Shown here in pieces: positions 19,874 through 28,897 of a stretch of 64,000 nt of DNA (position 1 is its first letter; the number at the start of each line of letters is the position of its first letter). The stretch lies in assembly GCA_965250285.1 (NCBI GenBank), contig OZ252299.1, forward strand, positions 5,696,001-5,760,000, written 5' to 3'. Under the pieces are notes generated by a model. The model ran no database searches. It was not told the origin of the DNA and saw nothing but the letters and a program-made list of their open reading frames with translations. This DNA comes from Myxococcota bacterium (GTDB lineage: Bacteria > Myxococcota_A > UBA9160 > UBA4427). Position numbers and translations under genes: made by a program.

Positions 19874-20652
19874 TCGACGCTCGAGGTGCGCGGCGCGCCG
19901 TCGTCCCACTCGCTTCGCTGCGATGGCGCGGGGCGATCGTCGCGCGGCGGGTCGGCGGCGTCGCGCGGTGCGCGTTCGGCCTGCATCGGGGCCACACCGG
20001 TCTCCTCATCGAGCTCGCGGAACGCGGCGTCGGCCCGCTCGCGGACCGCCGTCCGGATCGACTCGGACAGGTTCGTCATGCCGCTGATCGAGTCGTTGAA
20101 GCGCTCGACGTCGAGGGCGACCAGCGTGTAGAGCGTGCCGTTGTTCGAGATCCACGTGTCCTGCAGCGCCGTGCCCGAGAGCGTCATCGACGTGATCTGC
20201 TTGCTGACGTCATCGATCGTCTGCTCGTCGGCGGCGGCGATGCCGAACTCGTCGCCGCCGGTCGTCGTCGATGAGTAGTCCTTCAGCATGGCGCGCACCT
20301 TGGTCTGCAGGCTCCGTGCGATCTCGGCGCGCGCCCGGCCCATGGCCGCCGTCCGCGCGAGCGCGGCGTTGCGCGTGCCCGCCACGGCACCGACGCCGCA
20401 GATGCGCGCGCCGTCGTCGTCTCCCCAATACGCCGCGCAGCCTCGGCTCACCCACTCGGGCGCGCCGTCGAGCTCGTCGGCCATGGCGGCGCCGGGGGGC
20501 GGTCGGTGCTTGCACGCGGCCGTCAATGCGACGGCTCCGGCGATCATCCAGACGAGCGCGACGCTCGATCGGGCTCGACGCCGCCGGGCGGCGCCTTCGC
20601 CCCCGCACGTCGGCGGCCGCTCTGCGGCGCCTCCATCGGGCTTGATGCGCAT
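19870..20652 (-). CDS. LPP20 family lipoprotein
   Basis: Lipobox LTAAC; APEWV...GVG...ARTAAMGRARAEIARSLQTKV; GAGGAG RBS. Confidence 0.85.
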   Translation of the reverse strand: MRIKPDGGAAERPPTCGGEGAARRRRARSSVALVWMIAGAVALTAACKHRPPPGAAMADELDGAPEWVSRGCAAYWGDDDGARICGVGAVAGTRNAALARTAAMGRARAEIARSLQTKVRAMLKDYSSTTTGGDEFGIAAADEQTIDDVSKQITSMTLSGTALQDTWISNNGTLYTLVALDVERFNDSISGMTNLSESIRTAVRERADAAFRELDEETGVAPMQAERAPRDAADPPRDDRPAPSQRSEWDDGAPRTSSVE

Positions 20653-20900
20653 TGTCTCTACTCCTCGCTGCCCCGGGGCTCGCACGCGAGTCGTGCGGGG
20701 CGGGCTCGTCCCCGGCGGCTCCGCCCGGCCTCTGCAGGGGGATCGCGCTCGGGGTGCGTTCTTGGGTGCGGGCCGGGCTCCGGTCAGGCGTTCCGCCACC
20801 GGCCTGCGTGTGGAACCCCGCCCGCGCAGCCGGGCCCTCCCTGCCACGACGACGGCCCCGGGTGAGACGGGCGGGCGCGCGGCGCGAGGAGGAGCCAGGC

Positions 20901-22499
20901 ATGTGGACAAGGGCGGCGGGGACGGATCGGGCGCGGCGGCACCGGGGGGTGGTCGTCGCGGTGGTGCTCTTCGTCGCGAGCATGCTCCCGACCGTCGCCG
21001 CCGCTTCGCCCGACTGGGTCGACTCGGGTGGGCGGGCCAAGCGCTACCCCGCCGAGCGCTACGTCACCGGCTATGGCCAGGCGCGGGGGCGGGACGCCGA
21101 GGTGCGCGCGCGTCAGGCGGCGATGGCGTCGCTCGCGCAGGCGATCAGCGTGCGGGTCGAGTTCGAGCTCGAAGACGATCGCCGAGAAGACGACGGCCGC
21201 TACGACGAGAGCGTCGCAACGCTGACGCGGACGTCGTCCCAGCTCGAGCTGCAGGACGTGCGCTTCGAGATTCACCGCGACTCGCGCCGTGTCCATGCGC
21301 TGGCGGTCGTCGAGCGCGAGCGGGCCACCGCGCGGCGCCGCAGCCTGCGCGACCGCGCGCTGGTGCGCGCCGAGGCCTGTCTCGCCGACGCCGAGCTCGC
21401 GCGCGAGACGGGCGACGAAGCGGGCGCCGAGCGTCGGCTCGGTCGCTGTCGCGCGGCGCACGCCGAGGCGCTTCGACACGATGCGGTGTCGGTCGCGCTG
21501 GGCGCGGGGGGCGACGGGTCGGAGGCACCGGCGCGGCTCGAACGCATCGTGCGCGACCTCGAGCGCGCGGAGCGAGCCCGGGCCGATGCGCCGGCTTCGA
21601 GCGTCGGGGAGGCCGCCGATCGTCTCGCTGCTCAGCTCGTCGCCCAGGGGTTCGCGCGGCCGCGTCGCCTCGACGTCGCCGCGCTCGCCGACTCGTCGAC
21701 CGATCTACCGAGCCCTTTCGGCCAGGTCATGGCCACCGAGGTCGAACGCGCGCTGGCGCGGGCCTGGAACGAGCCGATGTCGCTGCCCGACGATCCGCGC
21801 CGCATCGGCATCGAAGGCTCGCATCTCGAGACCGGCGAGGTGGTGCGGCTGACGGTCATCGCGCGAGAGTTCGGCACCGGGACGCTGCTTGCGAGCGCGG
21901 CCACGCCCCTCGAACGCGGCGCCGTGCCCGACGGCGTCGCCTTGCGACCCGGGAACTGGAAGCCCGCCCTCGCGAAGCGGGATCGACTCGCCCACTCGGT
22001 CGCGCCACCGCCGAAGCCGTCGAAGCGCGCCGCGCGCGCGCTGCGCGTCGAGCTGTGGACCGACCGCGGGCGCGATCGCGTGAGCTACACCGAAGGCGAG
22101 GCGATTCGGGTCTTTCTGCGCGTCAACGGCCCGGCCTGGGTGCGACTCGTCTACGTGCTGCCGAACGGCCTCACAGTGCCCATCGAAGAATCGTTCCACG
22201 TCGAGGCACAGCGTGCGCACAGCGCCATCGCGTACCCCGGAAGGCTCGAGGTCGTGCCGCCCTTCGGCGTCGAGATGCTCCACGCCGCTGCGTTCGAGCA
22301 GAAGCCACCGCCGCTTGCGACACGCCTCGTCGAGGTGTCGGGCGAGCGCTACGAGGTGATCGACGACGGCGTCGACGCGCTGGTGCGCGCTCGGGGGGTG
22401 CAGGTGCGGCGAGGTGAGGCGGTGGCGGAAGACGTCGTGACGATCACGACGCTCGACGCGGCCGGGGCTGACGAGCTGAGGCCGCGCGACGCGCGCTGA
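20901..22499 (+). CDS. Secreted multidomain protein: LPP20-like + FlgO/CsgG-like + DUF4384-like
   Basis: Signal peptide; PDWV...TGYG...ARQAAMASLAQAISVRV; SPFGQVMATEV...TGTLLASA; WTDRG...YTEGEAI...PPFGVE. Confidence 0.7.
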   Translation: MWTRAAGTDRARRHRGVVVAVVLFVASMLPTVAAASPDWVDSGGRAKRYPAERYVTGYGQARGRDAEVRARQAAMASLAQAISVRVEFELEDDRREDDGRYDESVATLTRTSSQLELQDVRFEIHRDSRRVHALAVVERERATARRRSLRDRALVRAEACLADAELARETGDEAGAERRLGRCRAAHAEALRHDAVSVALGAGGDGSEAPARLERIVRDLERAERARADAPASSVGEAADRLAAQLVAQGFARPRRLDVAALADSSTDLPSPFGQVMATEVERALARAWNEPMSLPDDPRRIGIEGSHLETGEVVRLTVIAREFGTGTLLASAATPLERGAVPDGVALRPGNWKPALAKRDRLAHSVAPPPKPSKRAARALRVELWTDRGRDRVSYTEGEAIRVFLRVNGPAWVRLVYVLPNGLTVPIEESFHVEAQRAHSAIAYPGRLEVVPPFGVEMLHAAAFEQKPPPLATRLVEVSGERYEVIDDGVDALVRARGVQVRRGEAVAEDVVTITTLDAAGADELRPRDAR

Positions 22500-22528
22500 G
22501 TCGGGTGCGGGTCGGCGGCCGCGCTGAT

Positions 22529-22596
22529 TTCGGACCGCCCCGATCGGTGACGCGCCGGCGCCGGCTTCGAACCGCCCCGATCGGCGGCGCGCCGGC
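22529..22596. repeat. Degenerate direct repeat (37-bp period) between convergent genes
   Basis: TTCGGACCGCCCCGATCGGTGACGCGCCGGC at 22529 and TTCGAACCGCCCCGATCGGCGGCGCGCCGGC at 22566. Confidence 0.75.
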
Positions 22597-22610
22597 AGGC
22601 TGCGCCGACG

Positions 22611-23888
22611 TCAGGTCGCCGCCGCCTCGACCGCGATCAGCTCCGAAACGACGAGCCCGGCTTCGTCGTCGCCGTCGCTCACGTCGACCCGCTGCATCAC
22701 CTGCGTGATCTCTCGGGCCAGACCGTCGGTCAGGTTCAGGAAGCGCAGGAAGATGCCGTCGGGGCCATCATCGCGATCGACCACGGCCTCGACGAGCACG
22801 GGCTCACTGCGCGGGCCGGCGTGGAGCGCGAGCTTGACCTTGAATCCGAGGCCGAGCTCGGGGTGGCTATCGACCCGCATGCCGCCGGTGGAGATGTCGC
22901 GGCCGAGAAAGACGCGCGCGGCCTCGTCGACCAGCGCGACGACTCGGCTCTCGTAGTTCACGCGATCGGCGCCGCGGCGCTCGTTCGGTGCGGGCTCAGC
23001 GACCGCCGCCGGCGCTGCCGGGCCAACGACCGATGCGACCTTGGGAGCGGTCTTCGCGCGAGCGGGCGCCGGTCGCGCCGGGCGCTCGGCGACCGGCGAA
23101 GATTCGGCGACGTTGTTCATCACGCGCGAGACGCCGGCCACCTGGTGGCGCACCTGCACGGGACCTCGTCGGTGCAGATCGACGAATCGCTTGACGTGCT
23201 CGGCTGCCTTCTTGCTCATCTCGTCGAAGCGGATGCCGACGATCGTGCCGTCTTCGTCGCCGTCCTGGATGCGGACGGCCGTGCCGTTCACGCGCAGCAT
23301 GCCGGCCTTCGTGAGCTCTCGGCCGATCGCGAGGCGCAGTTTCGTGCCCTTCTCGACCGGTTGATCGGTGAGGATGCGGGCGCCCTTCTGCGAGATCTCG
23401 GCGAGCGTGGCCGGCTTGGCGAAGAGGCCGGTGCGCACGCGAATCTCGGCGCCAATGCTGACGCGTTCGCGCTTGCGCCGTTCGGGGCCGTTGTAGACCG
23501 CGTGCAGGAGCAGCAGCCGCAGCGCCATCGGATGCACGGGTCGATTCACGACGTAGTCGATGCGCAGACGCTGCATCTGACTGCGCAGCGTCTTCGAAGC
23601 CTGGTCGGCGATGGCGACGAGCGTCGGGCGCGGGCCGCCTGGCTGACTGAACTCGAGCAGCCGCTTGGGCGTCGCGATCACGGTGCGCCACTGGGCCTTC
23701 GCCTCGGCCGGCCGGAGCGCGCCGACGCGCTCCCGGATCGGGATCCCGAACGCGTCGAGCTGGGAGCGTAGATCGCGCAGCTCTCCGTCGTGCAGCAGCA
23801 GGATCAACGGGTCTTCGGTCGAGTGGGCCAAGTTCGGATGTTCCGCGACGGTGATGCGCCGCCCCGGCGGCGGCGTGGGTTGGGTCAC
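22611..23888 (-). CDS. Double PilZ-domain protein with N-terminal pseudo-receiver-like domain
   Basis: ERRKRER...EISQKG and ERRGADR...DISTGG c-di-GMP motifs. Start uncertain (ORF open to 24017). Confidence 0.85.
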   Translation of the reverse strand: MTQPTPPPGRRITVAEHPNLAHSTEDPLILLLHDGELRDLRSQLDAFGIPIRERVGALRPAEAKAQWRTVIATPKRLLEFSQPGGPRPTLVAIADQASKTLRSQMQRLRIDYVVNRPVHPMALRLLLLHAVYNGPERRKRERVSIGAEIRVRTGLFAKPATLAEISQKGARILTDQPVEKGTKLRLAIGRELTKAGMLRVNGTAVRIQDGDEDGTIVGIRFDEMSKKAAEHVKRFVDLHRRGPVQVRHQVAGVSRVMNNVAESSPVAERPARPAPARAKTAPKVASVVGPAAPAAVAEPAPNERRGADRVNYESRVVALVDEAARVFLGRDISTGGMRVDSHPELGLGFKVKLALHAGPRSEPVLVEAVVDRDDGPDGIFLRFLNLTDGLAREITQVMQRVDVSDGDDEAGLVVSELIAVEAAAT

Positions 23889-24049
23889 CCTCTCAATCGT
23901 CCGCCGGTGCCTCACGCTGAAGGGCTTCGCCGACACCGCAGGGTGCCGAGGGGGCGCGTTCCAATTGCAGTGCGAGTGCAAAGGTTCCAGCGCCCGGCCA
24001 CGCGCCCGAAGCGGCACACCGGTCCGCGATCGGTAGAGTCCCGTTCACG

Positions 24050-24538
24050 ATGGCAGACCGAGACGGCACCGGGCGTGGAAGACCGCCGAGCGACGGCGAT
24101 GCGGGCGGGGATCTCGACGTCGGCTTCGGTGTGTCGATCCCGGCCCGCGAGCTGTCGGTTCGCGTCAGCCGATCGAGCGGGCCCGGGGGGCAGCGCACCA
24201 ACAAGGTCGCCACCCGGGTCAGCCTTCTGTGGGATGTCCGCCGCAGCGTTGCCCTCGATGACGCTCGCCGGGCGCGCGTGCTCGAGCGACTGGCCTCGCG
24301 GCTGACCGCGCGAGGTGAGCTCGTCGTGCACGCCCAGGCCAGCCGCGAGCAGACGCGCAACCGCGCCGAGGCGCGGCGCCGGCTCGCGGCGATCGTGCGT
24401 GAAGCGCTGACGCCACCCGGCCCGCCGCGTCGCGCGACCAAGCCGACGCGGGGCTCGGTCGAGCGACGCCTCGGTGAGAAGCGGCGCCGCGGCGAGACCA
24501 AGCGGGGACGCCGTCCCACGTCGCGCGACGACGACTGA
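24050..24538 (+). CDS. arfB: Alternative ribosome rescue factor B (peptidyl-tRNA hydrolase)
   Basis: SRSSGPGGQRTNKV, basic tail RRATKPTRGSVERRLGEKRRRG. Confidence 0.95.
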   Translation: MADRDGTGRGRPPSDGDAGGDLDVGFGVSIPARELSVRVSRSSGPGGQRTNKVATRVSLLWDVRRSVALDDARRARVLERLASRLTARGELVVHAQASREQTRNRAEARRRLAAIVREALTPPGPPRRATKPTRGSVERRLGEKRRRGETKRGRRPTSRDDD

Positions 24539-24810
24539 GCCGATCGCCACGGGTGTACGCGCACGCGCCGTCACGGCCCCGACCGAAGGGCGTTCCATCG
24601 CTCGGCGACACGGCTCGCCCTTCGACGTGACAGGGCGATGCGAAGAGTCACGTCACCGTCTGGTGTTGGACTCTGGTCTGGATCGAGGTCCATGGGTGGA
24701 TCGACGTCTCGGCGCCCCCGAACGGGTGCGGCTCGACCCATGCGAAAGCTCCGTGGCATCGATCGAAACCCTTGGTTCGAGCCACTCGAAAACCGGTCCG
24801 TTTGTGAAAC

Positions 24811-24847
24811 CGACACCGCATGTGACCGAGCACGGTGTCGCCTTTTC
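24811..24847 (+). terminator. Possible intrinsic terminator hairpin
   Basis: CGACACCG-N14-CGGTGTCG followed by CCTTTTC. Confidence 0.35.
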
Positions 24848-25239
24848 GCTCTAAATCACGCGATTCACGTGGGAATCGAGTGCGAAGGCGCTATATCACA
24901 AGGCGGGTTGGAGAGGGATGCTCGCGATGACCGCCCCTTGTTAAGCACACCGATTTTCAAGATCCTGCGGGTCTCGTTATCGGAACAACGGGTCGGGCCC
25001 ACCAGATCCCTTGCTTCAGCCGCCAACGGAATCGGGCTCCATGCCCTCGGGCATGCGCGGCAGGTCGATCGAGCCGAACCGGGGAGGTCGTGCCGAACGC
25101 TCGTGCGGACGGGTCGCAGGGCACCACCTGCGACCATCGCCCCCGCACGCGGACGAGCATCGGCATCACGTCCCCGGGCCAACACATCGCCATGTGGCTG
25201 GACATGCTCTCTCGACGGGTCCGAATTGACGGAGACGCA

Positions 25240-25476
25240 ATGGCAGCACGAAAGAGTTCGAAGAAGACGGCAAAGAAGAAGGGGACCTGGGGAGGCCGGC
25301 GCCCGGGCGCGGGTCGCCCGAAGGGCTCCGGCAAGGGCCCGTCACCCGATTCGCGGCGAAACCGGGTGGCGGTGATGCTCACGGACATCGAGCTGAAGTC
25401 CTTGCGCAGCCAGGCGAAGAAGAAGGGGCTTCCGGTCTCGACCGTGGCCTACGAGTACATCGCCCGGTCCCTCTAG
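25240..25476 (+). CDS. Small basic DNA-binding protein (AT-hook-like motif plus RHH-like C-terminus)
   Basis: MAARKSSKKTAKKKGTWGGRRPGAGRPKG...RVAVMLTDIELKSLRSQAKKKGLPVSTVAYEYI; GGAGA RBS. Confidence 0.8.
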   Translation: MAARKSSKKTAKKKGTWGGRRPGAGRPKGSGKGPSPDSRRNRVAVMLTDIELKSLRSQAKKKGLPVSTVAYEYIARSL

Positions 25477-25589
25477 TCCGAGTAGTCCGAGCACCTCGAG
25501 GACGAAGGCAAGGGATGCATCGAGGCCCGGTTCGCGTGCGCGGAGCACGCGGGCCGGGCGCTTCTGCATTCGAGGCACGCGAAGCCGGT

Positions 25590-26372
25590 TCAGCTGCCCT
25601 CGGCTGATTGGGGCAGCAGTGCATCCACGCGCTCGACGAGTCGCTGCATGTCGTCGCGCACCCGCTGTCCGCGGATGTGCGGGATGATCTCGACGCGCCG
25701 CCAGTACGGATAACACTCGCGGTTTCGCTCGGGGCAGCTCGCCGGCGGGCGGGCGTACGACGAAGACGAGATCAGCCCGAGCCGCTGCATGTCGTCACGG
25801 TCGCTCTTCGAGAGCGCCCACTCACTCGACAGGTAGATCATCACGCCGAGCGGTCGCTGATGCGATCCGACGAGGTTGGTCACATACGGGTCGCGTCGGG
25901 CGCGCGGGTCGGCGTGGCCGCGCAGCTCGATCGCTTCGACGTTCTGCCAGACGGCGTCGCGCTGGCGCAGTGATCGGAGCAACAGCGAGACCGCCAGCTG
26001 CACCTTGCGCATGCCCTCTTCGTTCAGCTGAGCGCTCGTTGGATCGTCGAAGAGCCGGTCGCCGAACGTGATCGCGCCCGTCTCGCAGCTGGGCGACAAA
26101 CCCTCGGCCTGCAGCTCGACGTTCTCGCAGATCTCTCGAAGCGTGTCCCGCCACGCGAGGGCGAGGGACGACCGCGCATCGAGCTCGGCGCGGATGCGCG
26201 GGGACGGGTCGGGGGCCGGCTCGACCGGGGCCTGGACCGGTGCGTCTCGATCCACCGCAGCCACCAGCAGCAGGATGCCGGCCACGGCCGCGCCGATGTA
26301 GGCGATCGCGACGAAGACGTCGCCGGCGGGGCTGGTCTCGCGGCCGCCGAACGCCGAGTGCCGGCGCGCCAC
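25590..26372 (-). CDS. ZorB/MotB-like protein: N-terminal TM plus OmpA-like peptidoglycan-binding domain
   Basis: Asp before TM (AGDVFVAIAYIG); GAITFGDRLFD, IELRGHAD, NLVGSHQR, WRRVEI. Confidence 0.8.
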   Translation of the reverse strand: MARRHSAFGGRETSPAGDVFVAIAYIGAAVAGILLLVAAVDRDAPVQAPVEPAPDPSPRIRAELDARSSLALAWRDTLREICENVELQAEGLSPSCETGAITFGDRLFDDPTSAQLNEEGMRKVQLAVSLLLRSLRQRDAVWQNVEAIELRGHADPRARRDPYVTNLVGSHQRPLGVMIYLSSEWALSKSDRDDMQRLGLISSSSYARPPASCPERNRECYPYWRRVEIIPHIRGQRVRDDMQRLVERVDALLPQSAEGS

Positions 26373-26375
26373 GGC

Positions 26376-28835
26376 TCAGCGCTCCTGCTCTTCTTCGGCC
26401 GGGGTTTCGTCCTCCGCCCCCGCGTCGCTCGGCGTCGAGTCTGCGTCGGCGCTGCCGGGTCGGCCCCCGAGCAGGCCGGCGAGGCTCAGCTCCTCGGCCT
26501 TCTCCTCGAGGGTCGCGTCCGGGGCGAGGTCGGTCGCAAGCGGGCGGGGCGGTCCGACGTCGGCCGGGTCCCCCTGCGCGCCGTCGCGGCGGGCATACGG
26601 ATCGGGCCCCAGCTCACGACCGGCGAACGATGCGCGACCGGTCGTCGCATTGGCGAGGTCGCTCGACGTCTGGCGCAGAAAGTCGTAGCCGCTGGCCCGG
26701 GGCGCCGAGACCGGTGGCCAGCTCGGGCCGCTCCCGCGCTCGTCGCCGCTCGTCGCGCTGGGCGCCGGCGCGCGGTCGATGCGGAAGCCGGGCGAAGTCT
26801 GGCTCGCGGCCGGGTCGGGCGAGCTCGAGGCCGGGTGTCCTCCCTCGGTCGGAGGCGGACCGGGATTGGAGCTCGGGGCTGCGGTGCCCTGCCGAAGCGC
26901 TTCGCGGCTCATCTGCGGGGCGGGGGTCTGGCTCGTCGCCGCTTCGGACGTACTCGAGGGAGCCGTCGGGGCGCCGCCGGGGTCGGAAGGCGGCGCGCCC
27001 TGGGCCTCGACTGCGAGCGGTCCGCTCGTCGCGGGGTTCGGCCAGCCGAAGGGGCCCCGGCCCGCGCGGGGGTCGAGCGACGCGCTCGCCTGCTCGATGG
27101 TCGCCAGCGCCTCGGCCGTGTTGTTGAGCTTTCGGGAGAGATCCGCCGTCGAGGCTCGGAACTTGCGGCCCTCTTCGCGCAGATCGCCGCGCAGGGCGTC
27201 CATCGTCTTGTCCATGCCGAGCGCGTGATCGCCGAAGTTCGCGAGCGCGCGCGCGACGTCGGACGTGCGCTCGTCGAGCTGGGTGAGCGACGAGCGCACG
27301 GGCTTCATGGCCTGGGTCATCCACTCGCCGAGGCCCGTGATCTCGGATCGCGCGCGTTCGAGCGCGCTGTGCAGCTCGCGCGCCGTACCCTCGGCCGAGC
27401 GCATGGGCTGGCTCATGCGTTCGATGGTGTCGTTGCTCTCGGTGATCGTCTCGCGCAGGCGTCCGACGGTCTGGCCGAGCGCGTCGTCGACGGCACGGAG
27501 CGACTTGGTCAGGTTCTCGCCCAGGCCGGTGGACAGCGCTTCGAGCGTCGCGCGGATCTCGCCGAGGCTGACCTCGACGAAGTCGCGCTGCTCGCCGACG
27601 GCCGCGGCGGCCTGCTGCAGCGAGGCGCGGACGTCTTCGGCCGACTGGGCCACGACGACGTGGGTCGAGTCGATGCGCTCGGCCGTCGAGTCGAGACTCA
27701 CCCCGGTTTCGCGCAGGCTCGAGAGCACGGGCTGGAAGTCGACGACGGTCTGCCGGAACGACCCCGAGGCGGCGTCGACGGTGGCCGCCGCGGCATCGAG
27801 GGTCTGGGTCACGCGTGCGTGTGCTTCGCTCTGATCGGCCATCTGATTGAACGCCGCCGCGAGGCCGCCGGTGACTGAATCCTGGTGCTCGGTGGCGCGC
27901 TCGAGCGCGCCCTGGAGGGCGCCCATGTGATCGTCGACGCCCTGTCGCACCTGCAGCGCGAGGTCGCGGATCACGCTCTGTACGCCGGCGCGTTGCTCGT
28001 CGCTGACGAGCGTGGCGGCGTTGGCCGTCGAGCGCTCGATGCGCTGCAGACCCCGGTCGATCCGCTCGGTCAGGTCGGTGGTGAACCGCGTCAGCTCGCT
28101 GCCGAGCGCGACCAGCGACTCGTGCTGTGCGCGCTGGCCGAATGCGGTGAGCTCCGAACTCGAAACGAGCGGGAAGCAGCGCTGGACGCTGCGGTCGAGG
28201 ACCGATGCGGCGCCATCGAAGGCGCCGTCGATCATTCGGCCCGCGATGCCGGCCACGATCGACAGGCCGATCCCCCAGAGCGAGGCCCGCAGCGACAGTC
28301 CGACCTGGGCGACCAGACGGGCGGTATCGATCGGATCGGCTGCGTCGCCGGGGTCGAATGCCTCGCTGCCGAGCGCGAGGCCGAGCCCGACGAAGGTGCC
28401 GAGCAGGCCGATCGCGAGGAAGAGCGACGGGATCGCGGGCAGGAGCGAGCGCCGCGCTCCCATCGGGAGCAGCGGGTGCTCTTCGAGGACGTCGAGGAAG
28501 CGCACGGGCGACCGTTCGTCGGCGCCGTCCGTCAGGGCCGCGCGCCAGCGTTGGATGAACAGGGCCCACTCACTCTCGAGCGACGACTCGGCGAATGTGG
28601 ACATCACCTCGTTGCGCTGCGAGGGCGTCGGCTGGTCGCGGTCACCGGCGGCGAGAGAGACGGCGCGGCTCAGCGAGAGCACCCGCCACAGACGGATCAA
28701 CAACGGGACGTAGACGAACGCCACAGCCAGCAAGAAGGCCACGAGCACGAGCCCGATGGCCATCTGGCTGGTCGGATCGGGCGACCACAAGAGGTCGAAC
28801 AACCCGATCGAAGCGTTGGGGGCATACGAATTCAA
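26376..28835 (-). CDS. ZorA-like MotA/ExbB-family protein with long cytoplasmic helical tail and disordered C-terminus
   Basis: Three TMs including IPSLFLAIGLLGTFVGL and ASLWGIGLSI, about 385 aa helical tail, about 230 aa P/S/A-rich end. 3 bp gap to the ZorB-like gene. Confidence 0.8.
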   Translation of the reverse strand: MNSYAPNASIGLFDLLWSPDPTSQMAIGLVLVAFLLAVAFVYVPLLIRLWRVLSLSRAVSLAAGDRDQPTPSQRNEVMSTFAESSLESEWALFIQRWRAALTDGADERSPVRFLDVLEEHPLLPMGARRSLLPAIPSLFLAIGLLGTFVGLGLALGSEAFDPGDAADPIDTARLVAQVGLSLRASLWGIGLSIVAGIAGRMIDGAFDGAASVLDRSVQRCFPLVSSSELTAFGQRAQHESLVALGSELTRFTTDLTERIDRGLQRIERSTANAATLVSDEQRAGVQSVIRDLALQVRQGVDDHMGALQGALERATEHQDSVTGGLAAAFNQMADQSEAHARVTQTLDAAAATVDAASGSFRQTVVDFQPVLSSLRETGVSLDSTAERIDSTHVVVAQSAEDVRASLQQAAAAVGEQRDFVEVSLGEIRATLEALSTGLGENLTKSLRAVDDALGQTVGRLRETITESNDTIERMSQPMRSAEGTARELHSALERARSEITGLGEWMTQAMKPVRSSLTQLDERTSDVARALANFGDHALGMDKTMDALRGDLREEGRKFRASTADLSRKLNNTAEALATIEQASASLDPRAGRGPFGWPNPATSGPLAVEAQGAPPSDPGGAPTAPSSTSEAATSQTPAPQMSREALRQGTAAPSSNPGPPPTEGGHPASSSPDPAASQTSPGFRIDRAPAPSATSGDERGSGPSWPPVSAPRASGYDFLRQTSSDLANATTGRASFAGRELGPDPYARRDGAQGDPADVGPPRPLATDLAPDATLEEKAEELSLAGLLGGRPGSADADSTPSDAGAEDETPAEEEQER

Positions 28836-28897
28836 GACAGGGGGGCCTCACTGCGGGGCCCCGATCCTGTGACCCAGGACACCGACCGGCGTGAGTC

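Noticed and set aside
25590..28835. Ordinary flagellar motAB
   Set aside because: The 819-aa A subunit with three TMs and a long tail is unlike MotA, and there are no flagellar genes nearby.
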